The position numbers and the translations under genes are program-made. From the NCBI RefSeq assembly GCF_009914755.1, contig NC_060947.1: a stretch of 64,000 nucleotides of DNA; one strand, given 5' to 3'. The notes below the pieces were generated by a model, which had not been told where the DNA came from, ran no database searches, and worked only from the letters and a program-made list of their open reading frames with translations. The DNA comes from the human T2T-CHM13v2.0 reference genome, Homo sapiens. This document shows positions 1 through 12,800 of the stretch, piece by piece; position 1 is the first letter of the stretch; each line of letters opens with the position of its first letter.

Positions 1-344
1 ATAAATGTGATGTTCTAACTAATAATACAGAAATACAAAAGATCATCAGAGACTAATAGGAACACCTTTATATACACAAACTAGAAAACCTAGAGGAAAT
101 GGATACATTCCTGGAAACATACAACCTCCCAAGACTGAACTAGAAAGAAATAGAAATCTGGAACAGACCAGTAATAACTAATGACATTGAATTTGTAGTA
201 AAAAATCTTCCAACAGAAAAAGCTTAGGACCAAACAGACTTATAGCTGACTTTTGTCAGATGTACAACAAATAGCTGATACCAATCTTACTGAAACTATT
301 CTAAAAAATCAAGGAGGAAGTATCTCATTCTATGAATCCAGTAT

Positions 345-907
345 TTTTTCCTGTTGTAATGCCTACAGGACATAGCTGAATGTCTACCATGTCCTAATCC
401 TGCATATCTTCAAGAAGCAGAACATCTGTGATAAAAGGTTCCTTTTGTAACCTGACCAACTGAGACTGATTAGAGCCAAGATAGTCAACCAAAAAACTTC
501 AAAAGGACCCCAGGTTTCATTATAATCTTATTTCATGCTAAATGAAGCTCCCACCAGCGCCAGAAAAATTGACAATGTTCATGACAATGGCTAGAAGAAG
601 CCATAAAAGAACAAGACAGAAGAGAGCATTCCTATTCTGGGAAGTTCACTGCCCATTTGCAGAAAAGACATGAATATTGCTCTGCTCGCTTTTAATGTCC
701 AATCTATTCATTACAGAAACCTTATATTTTAACCACGTCACCTCTTGTCAAAAAGTTGATTTGTGAGCCATGCTCCCACTTTTCAATTCCATGGACATTG
801 AATAAAGCATGCACTGCTTGACACTCACTTTTGGTTTTGTGTATTGGCTTTGTGACACCAAACAGGGAAAGACCCCAGCATTTGGGGGACTGGCTTTTTC
901 AATAACA
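345..907 (+). mobile_element. ERV1-class solo LTR (MER4/MER41-group-like) inserted in L1 ORF2
   Basis: L1 text breaks after gtat (341-344) and resumes at gtat (908-911), a 4-bp TSD; ends in ..aataaca; AATAAA near 801; atgctaaatga..ctcccaccagcgcc resembles MER41-group LTRs. Exact family uncertain. Confidence 0.75.
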
Positions 908-1290
908 GTATCATCCAGGTACCAAAAATCAGGCAAAGATGGAACAAAAAGAAGAAAACTACAGGCTGATATCACTGATGATCATGCATGTAAAAATCTT
1001 CCACAAAATGCTAAAACTAAATTCAATAGCGCATCAAAAAGATAATTCATAATGATCAAGTGGGCTTTATTCTAGGGATGCAAGTATAGTGTAACATATG
1101 AAAATCAGTAAATGTTATTCACCATCATATAAGCAGAACCAAGAACAAAAGTCATCTGATCATCTCGATAGATGCAGAAAAAACATTTAATAAAGTCCAA
1201 CATCCCGTCATGGTATAAACACTACACAAACTAGGAATCAAAGGAAAATACATCAAAATAATAAACCATATATAAAATACCCACAGCCCC

Positions 1291-1601
<311 letters not shown>

Positions 1602-3307
1602 CTAATATCATACTGAATGGGCAAAAGTTGAAAGTATTTCCCCTAAGAACTAGAAAAAGACAAGGGTATTCATTCTCACTACTCCTATTCAACATAGTAT
1701 TGGAAGTCCTAGCCAGAGCAATCAGGCAACAAAAAGAAGTAAAAGGCATCCAAATTGAAAAAGAGGATGTCAAATTATCTCTGTTCACTGATAACATGAT
1801 TGTATACCTAGAAAACTCTAAAGATTTATCCAAAAGGCACCTAGATTTATAAAGAGCTTTAGTAAATCTCATGATACAAAATTGACATACAAAAATTAGT
1901 GGCATTTCTGTATACCAATAACGTTCAAACTGAGAACCAAGTCAAAATCTCAGTCCCGTTTACAGTAGCCACGCACATGCATACATAAATACCTAGGAAT
2001 ACATTTAACTACAGAGTTGAGACAGGTCTACATGGAGAACTGAAAAACACTGATGAAAGAAATTGTAGACAACAAAAACAAAGGGAAAAACATCCCATGC
2101 TCATGTACTGGAAGAGTCAATATCATTAAAATGATCATATTGCCCAAAGCAATCTACAGTTTCAACGTAATTTCTATCAAATTACTAACATCACTTTGGA
2201 AAGAATTAGAAAAAAAAATCTAAGTTTATATAGAGCCAAATAAAAAGCCTGAATAGCCAAAGCCATCTTAAGTAGGAAGAACAAGTCCAAAGGCATCATA
2301 TTACCTGACGTCAAATTATACTACAAGGCTATAATAACTAAAACAGCATGGTACTGGTACAAAAATAGACACATGGATCAATGGAACAGAAAAAAGAAGG
2401 AAAGCCACATACCTAAAAACAACTGATCTTCAACAAAGTCAACAAAGATATACAGTGAGGAAAAGGTACGCTTTTCAATAAATAGTGTTGGGAAACTTGG
2501 GTAATCACAGGCAGAATGAAACTGGAAAGCTATCCCTTCAAACCACAAAAATTAACTCAAGATTGATTAAAGACCTAAATTTAATACCTGAAACTATAAA
2601 AATTCTAGAAGAAAACCTAGGAAAAACTCTTCTGGATATCAGCCTAGACAAATAACTTATGAAAAAAAAATGGACACATGAGATTTAAAGTAAAAATTTC
2701 CTGCATAGTAAAAGAAATAATCAACAGAGTAAACAGACAACCTACAGCATAGGATAAAATATTTGAAAATTATACCTCTGATGAAAGCCTAATATGCATA
2801 ATTTACAAGGAACTCAAACAACAAGAATAAAACAAACAATAACTCAATTAAAAACTGGACAAAAGACATGAACAGATATTTTTCAAAAACTACAAGTGGC
2901 CAAGAAAAACTGAAAAAATTATCAACATCAATAATTTTCAGAGAAATGCAAATTAAAACAACACTGAGTTATCATCATACACCAGTCAGATTGGCTATTA
3001 TTAAAATGTCAAAAAACATCATATGTTGGCATGGATGCATTGAAAAGGAGACGTTTATACACTGTTGGTGGGAATGTAAATTAGTTCAACATCTATGGAA
3101 AACAGTATGGAGATAGCACAAAGAAGTAAAACTAGAGCTACAATTCAACCCAGAAATCCCACTACTGTCATCTATCCAAAGGAAAAAAATACATAAAAAG
3201 GCACCTGAAACTCTATGTTTATCATAAAAATATTCACAGTTGCAAAGTCATGAAATCAACCTAAAACCAACCTAAATGTCCATCAATGGTTGACTGAATT
3301 CCATTGG

Positions 3308-3399
3308 TATGTATCTATATCTATATCTATGTCTATAGATATAGATATATGTATACACATACATTGCTATGTATATGTGTGTGTGTGTGTACACACACA
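3308..3399. repeat. Compound microsatellite (TATATC)n/(GATATA)n and (TG)n/(CA)n within L1
   Basis: tatctatatctatatctatgtctatagatatagatata and gtgtgtgtgtgtacacacaca read directly. Confidence 0.85.
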
Positions 3400-3939
3400 G
3401 TGGAATACTATGCAGCCATAAAAAATAATGAAATAATGTCCTTTGTAACAAAATGGATGGAGTTGGAGGCCATTTTCATAAGTGAACTAACTCAGAAGCA
3501 GAAAATCAAATATTGCAGGTTGTCACTTATAAATGGGAGCTAAACAATGGATACATATGGACATAAAAATGGAAATAGTAGTCAATGGGGACTCTAAAAG
3601 GGAGCATGGTGGTAGGGGGTGAGGGTTGTAAAATTACCTATTAGGTACAACTCAATATTTGGATGATGGGTGCACCAGAAACCCAATCCCCACCATTATG
3701 CAATATACCCACGTAACAAACGTGTACATATACCACCAAATCTAAAATAAAAATTAAAAAAGAATCAGATCAATAATATATATTAAGATGTAAAAGATAA
3801 AAAGAATATAGTAAAGGTATACATTTATGAAACTAAATAGTTAAAATTTGATAATAATTTCTACAACCAACTTTGGTTTAGGCACCATGATATACATTTT
3901 TTAACTAGTGATCTCTTGACATTCACAACAATTTCATTG

Positions 3940-4370
3940 AATAAATATATATATAAATATATATGACACCTTTTCTTTATCCAATGAACTGTTTGTGATT
4001 ATATATTTTATGAAATATATATATTTATATCTGTAAATGAAATATGTATTTATGATGAAATATTTATATTTATATATAAATATAATTTATAAAAATATAT
4101 AGCATATATTATATAGTTATATATAAGTAGAAATGTATATACTTTAAATTATATATAATATGAAAGCATATATAATATATATTAGGTTGGTGCAAAAGTA
4201 ATTGTGGGTTTGTCATTACTTTTAATGGCAAAAACCACAATTACTTTTGCACCAACCTAATATATATTATATATTTTTATATATAAATTTATTTAAGAAT
4301 TGTAATTTAAGAATTATATACATACACACACAGATATATATGTATATCTATATACACACACACACACATA
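3940..4370. repeat. AT-rich low-complexity (TA)n-like tract ending in (CA)n
   Basis: Degenerate TA runs surrounding the MADE1. Confidence 0.8.
4182..4260. mobile_element. MADE1 (Hsmar1-derived mariner MITE)
   Basis: 79-bp near-palindrome ttaggttggtgcaaaagtaattg...caattacttttgcaccaacctaa, TA on both sides. Confidence 0.96.
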
Positions 4371-4496
4371 TGTCTTGCTTGCCAGGCATATGTAATGTTA
4401 CACTTAGTAGTAGTGAGGTTTCATGAGAAACAAGCATATCCAAAATGCACAAATATTCACTAATGAACTAACATTAAAAAAAAGCCATTTTATTCT

Positions 4497-4905
4497 CCTA
4501 AAATGCCCATCAACCAACAAGTAGATAAAGAAAATGTGGTATATATACACCATGGAATACTATTCAGCCATAAAGTGGAAACAAATTATGACCTTTCCAG
4601 CAACTTGGATGGAGTTGGAGGCCATTATTCTAAGTGAAGTAACTTGGGAATGGAAAATCAAATATGTTCTCACTTACAAGTGGGAGCTAACCTATGTGAA
4701 TGTGAAGGCATAAAGATGATATAATGGACTTTGGGGACTCAGAGGGGAGGGTGGGAAGGGGTGAGGGATAAAAGACTACATATTTGGTATAGTGTACACT
4801 GCTCTGGTGATGAGTGCACCAAAATCCCAGAAATCACTACTAAATAATTTATCTGTGAATCCAAAAACCACCTGTACTTCCAAAACTATTAAAACAATAA
4901 AAAAT
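4497..4905 (+). mobile_element. 5'-truncated L1 3' end (L1PB1/2-like)
   Basis: aaatgcccatcaacc..gaaaatgtggtatatatacaccatggaatac..gggataaaagactacatat..aaaaaccacctgtac plus A-rich tail. Confidence 0.88.
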
Positions 4906-5420
4906 ACCCCACTTAATTATCCATCCATTATAAATTCTAGCATCCCTCTCATTCCTACCCACAATCTGGTATTTTAATGCTGATGTATTCAAAATTATCG
5001 CAAGGTAAAATTATAAATTTTACATATGACGAAGAATTTCATGAGATAAATGAAAATGATATAGGAAATCACAAATGAGAATAACAATAACAAATGAGAA
5101 TCTGACAGAGACAGAGCAAGTAAGTTGAATACAAGAACATTGGCCAGAATAACAAAGATTGTGTCTTTTGGAAAACTAAAGAAGCCCCTGAATATTTTTT
5201 CCAGGAATGACCCCGTTAATGAATATGCACAAAAAATAAAAACTGTGCAATGCATAATACTATTTTATGCATTTTTTCAGAGAAAAATATATATGCATAA
5301 AAGTAGAAATCAACATCAAATCAACCTTCATTCTGAGAAGTACAGCATAGTTTTGAATACAAATACAATTTTGTTAAATGTATGACATTTATAAATTTTT
5401 ATAAATTTATGATTTTTATA

Positions 5421-5597
5421 AATGATTTTAATAATTTTTTTCAAATTATACTCCCAGTCAAACCTTTTGTCACAATTTGCGATGCATTTTCAGTTGCATC
5501 AAACTAAAATGATTTTTATACTTTTTTTTCAAATTATACTTCCAGTCAAACCTTTTGTCACAATTTATGATGCATTTTCAGTTACATCAAACTTAAA
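5421..5597. repeat. Two-copy tandem duplication, ~88-bp unit
   Basis: aatgatttt..caaattatact(c/t)ccagtcaaaccttttgtcacaattt..gatgcattttcagtt(g/a)catcaaact at 5421-5507 and 5508-5597. Confidence 0.93.
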
Positions 5598-6075
5598 AGC
5601 TTCTCTATGGCTAAGGAAACAATAAACAGAGTGAAGAGACAAGCTACAGTGTGGGAGAAAATGCTTGCAAACTATATACATTACTAGGGGCTAATATCAA
5701 AAATATATAAGAAATTCAACTCAATGCTAAAAAAAAGACAATAATCTGATTAAAAATGGACAAATGGCCTAAATAGATATTTCTTAAAAGAAGGCATACA
5801 AATGGACGATATATGTGTGAGAAAAATGTTCAACAAGACTAATTAACAGGGAAATGCAAATCAAAACCACAGTGAAATATTACCTCACCCCGGTTAGTAT
5901 GGCTACTATCAAAGAGACAAAAGTTAAAAAGTGTTGGCAAGGGTGTGGAGAAAAGGGAATCCTTTTACACTATTGGTGAGAACATAAAATAGTATATCTA
6001 CTATGAAAAACATTATGGTGGTTCCTCTGAAAATTAAAAATATAACTTCCATGTAATCCAGCAATCTCAGTTCTC
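5582..6075 (+). mobile_element. L1M (L1MA/MB-like) ORF2 C-terminal fragment
   Basis: tacatcaaacttaaaagcttct..gggaaatgcaaatcaaaaccacagtgaaatattacctcacc.. Confidence 0.85.
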
Positions 6076-6214
6076 CTTTAAAGTGCATTCCAATTAAATT
6101 GTTTTTTATGGTGCCTATTATTCTTGGATTATGAGGCATTCTTGCACTATTGTCCCTATGTTTAAGATGAGGAAACTGAACTTCAAGAATATATGATAGC
6201 TTGCTAGAACAGTT

Positions 6215-9200
6215 ATTATTCAGTTCAGGGACAAAAACTACACTAGTTATTTGAGTAGAGAGAATTAAATATAAATAATTGTTAACTAAGTATAAAAGTT
6301 GTTAATAACTTAAAAGGTAATAAGAAAACACCAAGCTATCAAGTTAGTAACTACAGGAAGAAGTTACCTACCACACCTAAGGATGGACAAATAAAGAGAA
6401 GAGGGTAGGATTAATAAAAGTACACATTTAGAGAAGGTGTCTCAGTGATGCTGAATCTCAGACCTCTCAACAGGAGCACCTGTAACTCAGGGTGTATTAG
6501 TCCGTTTTCATGCTGCTGATAAAGACATACACGAGAGTGGGAAGAAAAAGAAGTTTAATTGGACTTACAGTTTCACATGGCTGGAGAAGCCTCAGAATCA
6601 TGAAGGGATATGAAAGGCACTTCTTACATGGCTGCAGGCAAGAGAAAATGAGAAAGAAGCAAAAGTGGAAACCCCTGTTAAACCCATCAGATCTTGTGAG
6701 ACTTATTCGCTATCACAAAAATGGCATGGGAAAGACTGGCACCCATGATTCAATTCCCTGGGTCTCTCCCACAAGACCTGGGAATGTTGGGAGATGCAAT
6801 TCAAGTTGAGATTTGGCTGGGGACACAGCAAAACCATATCATTCTGTCCCCAGCCCCTCCTCACATTTCAAAACCAATCATGCCTTCCCAACTGGCCCCA
6901 AAGTCCTAACTCATTTCAGCATTAACCCAAAATTCCACAGTCCAAAGCCTCAATTGAGACAAGGCAAGTTCCTTACACCTATGAGCCTGTAAAATCAAAA
7001 GCAAGCTAGTTACTTCCTAGATACATTGGGGGTCCAGGTATCGGGTAAATACAGCCATTCCAAATGAGAGACATTGGCCAAAACAAAAAGGTTACAGGGC
7101 CCATGCAAGTCCAAAATATGGCGGGGCAGTCAAATTTTAAAGCTGCAAAATGATCTCCTTTGATTCCAGGTCTCACATCCAGGTCATGCTGATGCAAGAG
7201 ACGGGTTCCCATGGTCTTGGGCGGCCCTGCCCCTGTGGCTTTGCAGGGTACAGACTCCCTCCGAGATGCTTTCACGGACTGATGTTGACTGCCTGCAGCT
7301 TTTCCAGGCAAATGGTGCAAGCTGTTTGTGGATCTACCATTCTGGGGTCTGGAGGACAGTGGCCCTCATCTCACAGCTCCACTAGGTGGTGCACCAGTAG
7401 GGGCTGTGTGGAGATGCTAACCCCACATTTCCTTTCTGCACTGCTCTAGCAGAGGTTCTGTATGAGGGCTTCACTCCTGCAGCAACCTTTTGCCTGGGCA
7501 TCCAGGCATTGCCATACATCTTTTGAAATTTAGTCAAAGGTTCCCAAACCTCAGTACTTGACTTCTGTGCACCCACAGGCTTAACACCATATGGAAGCTG
7601 CCAAGGCGTGGGGCTCCCACTCTCTGAAGCCACAGCTTGAGCTCTATATTGCCCCCTTTCAGCCATGGTTGGAGCAGCTGGGACACAGGGCACCAAGTCT
7701 CTATGCTTCAAACAGCACGGGGACCCTGGGCCTGGCCCACAAAACTACTTTTTTTCTCCTGGGCCTCTCAGTCTGTGATGGGAAGGAGCTGCCATGAAGG
7801 TCTCTGACATGGCCTGCAGACATTTTTCCAATGGTTTTTGTAATTAACATTAGGCTCCTTGCTACTTCTGCAAATTTCTGCAGCCAGCTAAAATTTCTTC
7901 CCAGAAAATGGGTTTTTCTTTACTATCACATAGTCAGGCTGCAAATTTTCCAAATGTTTATGCTCTGCTTCCTTTATAAAACTGAATGCTTTTAACAGCA
8001 CCCATGTCACCTTTTGAATGCCTTTGCTGCTTAAACATTTCTTCCACCAGATACCCTAAATCATCTTTCTCAAGTTCAAAGTTCCACAAACCTCTAGGGC
8101 AGGGACAAAATACTGCCAGTCTTTGCTGAAACATAACAAGAGTTGCCTTTACTCCAGTTCCCAACGAGTTCCTCATCTTCACCTGAGACCACCTCAGCCT
8201 GGACTTTATTGTCCATTGCTATCAGCATTTTGGGCAAAGCCATTCAACAAGTCTCTGGGAAGTACCAAAGCTTCCCACATTTTCCTGTCTTCTTCTGAAC
8301 CTTCCAAATTGTTCCAACCTCTGCCTGTTACCCAGTTCTGAAGTTGCTTCTACATTTTCGGGTATCTTTTCAGCAACGCCCCACTCTACTGGTACCAATT
8401 TACTGTATTAGTCCATTTCATGCTGCTGATAAAGACATATCTGAGATGTGGAAGAAAAAGAGGTTTAATTGGACTTACAGTTCCACATGGCTGGGAGGCC
8501 TCAGCATCATGGTGGGAGGCGAAGGGCACTTCTTATATAGTGGCAGGCAAGAGAAAGAAGTAAAAGTGGAAACCCCTGATAAACCTATCACATCTCATGA
8601 GACGTATTCACTATCATGAGAATAGCATGGGAAAGACCAGGCCCCATGATTCAATAATCTCCCCCTGGGTCCTTCCGACAACATGTGGAAATTCTGGGAG
8701 ATACAACTCAAGTTGAGATTTGGGTAGGGACACAGCCAAACCATATCATTGGGGGTAGGGGGAATAGGCAGAATGAGCCTGGTTCTATAAATATTGAAAT
8801 GATATCATACTGGATTCAACCACTACTATGAGAAACACCTACTACTTCCAGGGTGAAGAAGCTGGATGAAGTAAGGCATGATAACAAATGAACAGGAAAT
8901 CAACCTGAAGCTAACAGAGAACAAGCAGGTAGGAACATGTCCCTTCTTCCTCCTCTAGCCTGGCTATAATCTTCCAATCATGCCCTGTATTGGCACAGCT
9001 GAACACAGAGCCAGCTGAAAAAGCAGGAATGTGGTTTGCAGAGTCCTGGCACCAGCATCACAAAGAGTAGAAAAGAGTACTTTAAAGATAAGAGATAATA
9101 GCTTAATAACTGTTATAGCCTACCCTCTTACCTACCCAGAATCTATATACACCCTTCAATACATATTTGAACTGCTGTACAATGAAAACAACTCTATGTT

Positions 9201-9240
9201 CCCAACACTAACATGATGCAACTATCCTTCAAAAAAACAG
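6215..9240 (-). mobile_element. Ancient ERVL-type LTR plus a little internal sequence, split by the THE1 (pieces ~6215-6492 and ~8749-9240)
   Basis: gagccagctg..ggaatgtggtttgcagagtcc..cagcatcacaaag..gagataatagcttaataactg resembles the LTR33/LTR41 group; recognised from memory, boundaries approximate. Confidence 0.5.
6493..8748 (-). mobile_element. Full-length THE1 (probably THE1C) MaLR: LTR 6493-6841, internal 6842-8403, LTR 8404-8748
   Basis: Two ~350-bp direct repeats tgtattagtcc..aaccatatca (reverse complement of THE1 LTR) around ~1.56 kb; ORFs 7382..7711 and 7958..8182 are broken MaLR ORF. TSD degenerate (caggg/ttggg). Confidence 0.95.
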
Positions 9241-9519
9241 ATGTGCTTATTTCTAACTGTAATTTTATAATCTCATCTGTATCTTCCTCCCTCACCCCAC
9301 CCTCCACACGTTTAGGAAATGACAAGTAACAGTAGCCATTGCATCCAACTTTGGGAGGCAGTCACACTACCCACTTCTGGATCATTTACCTAAGTAAACA
9401 CAGCTGGTGATGATGGAAACAAGATTGAAGCCCAAATTGTCTGTCTCAAAGTCTGAAGCCTATTCCAATACATCAAATGGTTTCACAATACAATTTGCTA
9501 GAATAAATAAGACCTAGTG

Positions 9520-9659
9520 TTTTGTTTTTTGTTGTTTTGTTTTTTGTTTTTTTTGGTATTTCCTTCTTTTTTTATTATTCTTTTTATTTTTATTATACTT
9601 TAAGTTTTAGGGTACATGTGCAGGTTTGTTACATATGTATACATGTGCCATGTTGGTGT
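9520..9659 (-). mobile_element. Extremely 5'-truncated L1PA 3' tip with long T-rich tail
   Basis: T-rich tract then tattatactttaagttttagggtacatgtgcaggtttgttacatatgtatacatgtgccatgttggtgt. Confidence 0.85.
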
Positions 9660-9702
9660 TACATAGATCAGTAGGGTGACTATAATATACAGTAATCTAT
9701 TT

Positions 9703-10047
9703 CAGTGGTCCTCAGCCCCATGGCTGTAGACCAGTACAAGTTGGTGGCCTGTTCGGAACCAGACCACACTGCAGGAGGTGAGTGTGTGTGGGCCAGCGAG
9801 CATTACTGCCTGAGCTCTGCCTCCTGTCAGACCAGCAGCGGCATTATATTCTCATAAGAGTGTGAACCCTATTGTGAACTGCACATGCAAGGGATCTAGC
9901 TTGTGGGCTCCTTATGAGAATCTAATGCCCGATTGTCTGAGGTGCAACAGTTTCATCGCAAAACCATTCCCCACCCCTATCCTGGTTTGTGGAGAAATTG
10001 TCTTCCACAAAACTGGTCACTGGTGCCAAAAAGGTTGGGGATCGCTG
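9703..10047 (+). mobile_element. MER1B (hAT-Charlie non-autonomous DNA transposon)
   Basis: Ends cagtggtcctcagcc / ggttggggatcgctg form TIRs; internal gtgaaccctattgtgaactgcacatgcaagggatcta; 8-bp TSD atctattt/atgtattc (6/8). Confidence 0.9.
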
Positions 10048-11459
10048 ATGTATTCTATCTTTCGAAGTAGCTAGAAAAGAGTAATTTGAATGGTCTAACA
10101 TAAAGAAAAGGCAAATATTTAAGGTGATGGATATCCCAAGTATACATATTTGGTCTTTAAAAATTACATTAATGTATTATATTATCATATGGACTTGAAA
10201 ACTATGTATATCTATTTACATCAATATAAAAAATTCCTCAGTCATATCAGTTTAGACACTGCTTCAGTGTAATATGAGGTGGCTGTACCGAAACAACATT
10301 AAAACTTATGACAAATTTAAAAACAGTAAGCTAGAGAAAAGAGGCAAAATAATCCAGTTCTTACTATGGTGTTATATTAGCAGATCTAGCACCAATTAAA
10401 GTTTGAGAAGTAAATATTATAACAAAATGGTCCTACATTATCTAGGGATTTGGTGTAATCCTCACTTCTACAGTCCTTCATCACATTACCTAAATACTTA
10501 ATGTAGTTATTACCTCTGACAGTTCATTTTGATCTTGTCTGTTGAATTAGCCATAATATTGGGGAGAAAGAGAGCAGGAGTGAGAGTAAGAGCAATAGAG
10601 AAAAAAGAGAATCATTCTTTGAACATTCACATACAGGAGAGAAAGATTAATATATGACTTTGGTTATTCAGTACCATGACAATACATTTGTTGTTGGAAT
10701 ACTTCTGAATAAATTTAACAGTTTTATGTTCCCTATATGATAATAAAACACATTATGGCCCACTGCCACTGATGAGATTTTCCACCTACAGCCAGGTGTG
10801 TGCAAATGAGAGTTTTCAACTAATAGCGTTCAGCTTTTTTTTCTTTGTTACTCATAAGTGATTTAGGAATATAAAAAAAACAGTTATGAAAAATGGTTCA
10901 TGGTTTTTATGGAGGTAAAAAAGTTCATAATTTTACTCTAGTGAGAATGAAATGCAGTAAGAGGAACATGCATGTTGGAAAGTTAGACTTCTGTTTTCAT
11001 AAAGTAGAATACTCCAATTATTTATAGCTGCAAATAAGGCTTAAAGGCCAAGACAAATGTTTAAAGAAATTGAGGAAAGAAGCATAAGGAAAAGAAGATG
11101 AGAAGTCGACTCAAAGCCACTGCATGCATATTGGTTGGTTGTCTGTGTTTTGCTGTGAAGAACATTTATGAAGTCCTATGTCAGTGATATGAACTGAAGG
11201 GCTTTCTGCCCTTAGGCTTTCCATGTGGGATTATCATCAGATTTTAGGGATTCTCATCTCATATTTTAAGAAAGTTTCCCTACAATGACAAGGATTTTTT
11301 GTTGTTGTTGTTGTTTTTAAGCGTTTCTAATTTATTTGAAGGATATTGTCTTGTATTTGTTTAGTTTTAACCACATATTTATGTCTTTATTTCGACTGCA
11401 TATTTTTTACTGCTTTATGTTATAGTTGAGCAGTATTTTAGGACATGTTACTTTTTTTC

Positions 11460-11645
11460 TAGAAGCACCTATCACATGGTAAGTGTCCATTACATAATTT
11501 GTGACTGAACAAAATAATGAATGAATGGTAAATGACAGAATAAACTAAACCTTTTGGTGAGTGTGACTGCATTTTATTTATCCATGTACCCTCTGAGCTT
11601 AGCACAGTGTCTATCACACTGTTGGTGTTCAGTAAATAAATAAAG
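11460..11645 (+). mobile_element. L2 3'-end relics (two short pieces)
   Basis: cacctatcacatggtaagtg..aatgaatgaatg and cttagcacagtgtctatcacactgttggtgttcagtaaata. Confidence 0.55.
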
Positions 11646-11679
11646 GGGAAGAAGGGATTTAAGGGATGATTATGAAGAA

Positions 11680-11880
11680 AAAGGCATGAGAAAGAATACT
11701 AATTTGGGATTCAGGCAGTTCTGAGTTTCAAAAAAATGTTTCTACCACATTGTGTAATTTTAAATGAGTTACTTAACTTCTTTGAGCTTTAGTCTCTATT
11801 TATGATAAGAATACATTCTTCACAGGATTGGTATGAGAAGTAAATGACAATGAATGTGAAATTCCTAGCATCATACAATA
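11680..11880 (+). mobile_element. MIR
   Basis: gagttacttaacttctttgagctttagt..cacaggattggtatgagaagtaaatga core-like motifs. Confidence 0.65.
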
Positions 11881-12449
11881 TAGTTTTTCATGGATTTGAA
11901 TGACAAAGTACCTATAAACATCTAAGAGACAGGAATTCAACTACCTTATTAGATAACTGAAAGAAAAGTTGTTACTTTTAATATGACAGGTTTCCATACC
12001 ACAGTCAAGCAGAATCAAAGTGAATGGGCAAAAAGGATGTTCTTGGAAGGATTCTGGCATGAAAAGAAGATTATATATAGGCTATATCATGATTCCTAGA
12101 AAATACTGAGGAATGTTTATGATAATTCATTTGTTTCAATATTTTCTCTTCTACGACACTGATGAACTACTGAATCAGTGTAGCAAATACATTTGTCTTG
12201 CAGTGCAGTTGTACCTCAGTAAAGATAATGTGGAAGTATCAATACAACAGACAGCTTTTAAAACTTGTTAAAATATACAAATAATATCATAGAAGGTTTA
12301 ACAAGAAATGAGGAGAAATATTATTAGCTACAAGTCCAGAACCCTAAAGAAGTCATTATAATTTGGGGGTATTCCATTCAAGTTTTCATAAGAATATGTA
12401 TTGGCCTGACAGTAAACACTGTAGTCAGGAAATATTCCATATTTCTTTT

Positions 12450-12800
12450 CAATAGTTTTCTCCATCATTAAAGAGTAATCATATTATTTTAATGATTACA
12501 TCACATATGTGTAATATCACTTAACCATTCCTGTAATATTGAATATTTATATTACTTTTTCATAATTATAAATAAGAATGCTATGAGCATCTTTGTGCAT
12601 CTGTGAAACATTTCCCTGCAGTAAATTTCTGGAAGTGAGATTACTGATTTCAACATTTTGTGGCTTTGCCAAATGTCTTTACAAAAGGATTACCAGCTCG
12701 CTATATATAAGAATGTTTAAAGGCCCCATATTCTTTTCTCTTTTTAGGTGTTCGATGTCTCTAGTCATAATATTGTGGATTTTGCATTTGCTCATTGGTG
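12450..12800 (-). mobile_element. Ancient L1ME-type fragment
   Basis: ttaaccattcc..attataaataagaatgctatgagcatctttgtgcat resembles antisense L1M ORF2 end. Confidence 0.5.

Larger units (their letters stand above)
9485..10232 (+). mobile_element. L1MA-type 3' UTR fragment hosting two later insertions
   Basis: aataagacctagtgtt..atagatcagtagggtgactata..gctagaaaagagtaatttgaatg..taaggtgatggatatccc is continuous once the inserts are removed. Confidence 0.75.

Noticed and set aside
7006-8619. Cluster of 70-110 aa ORFs as a gene
   Set aside because: All lie inside THE1; decayed MaLR ORF or chance frames. The same applies to 61307-61729.
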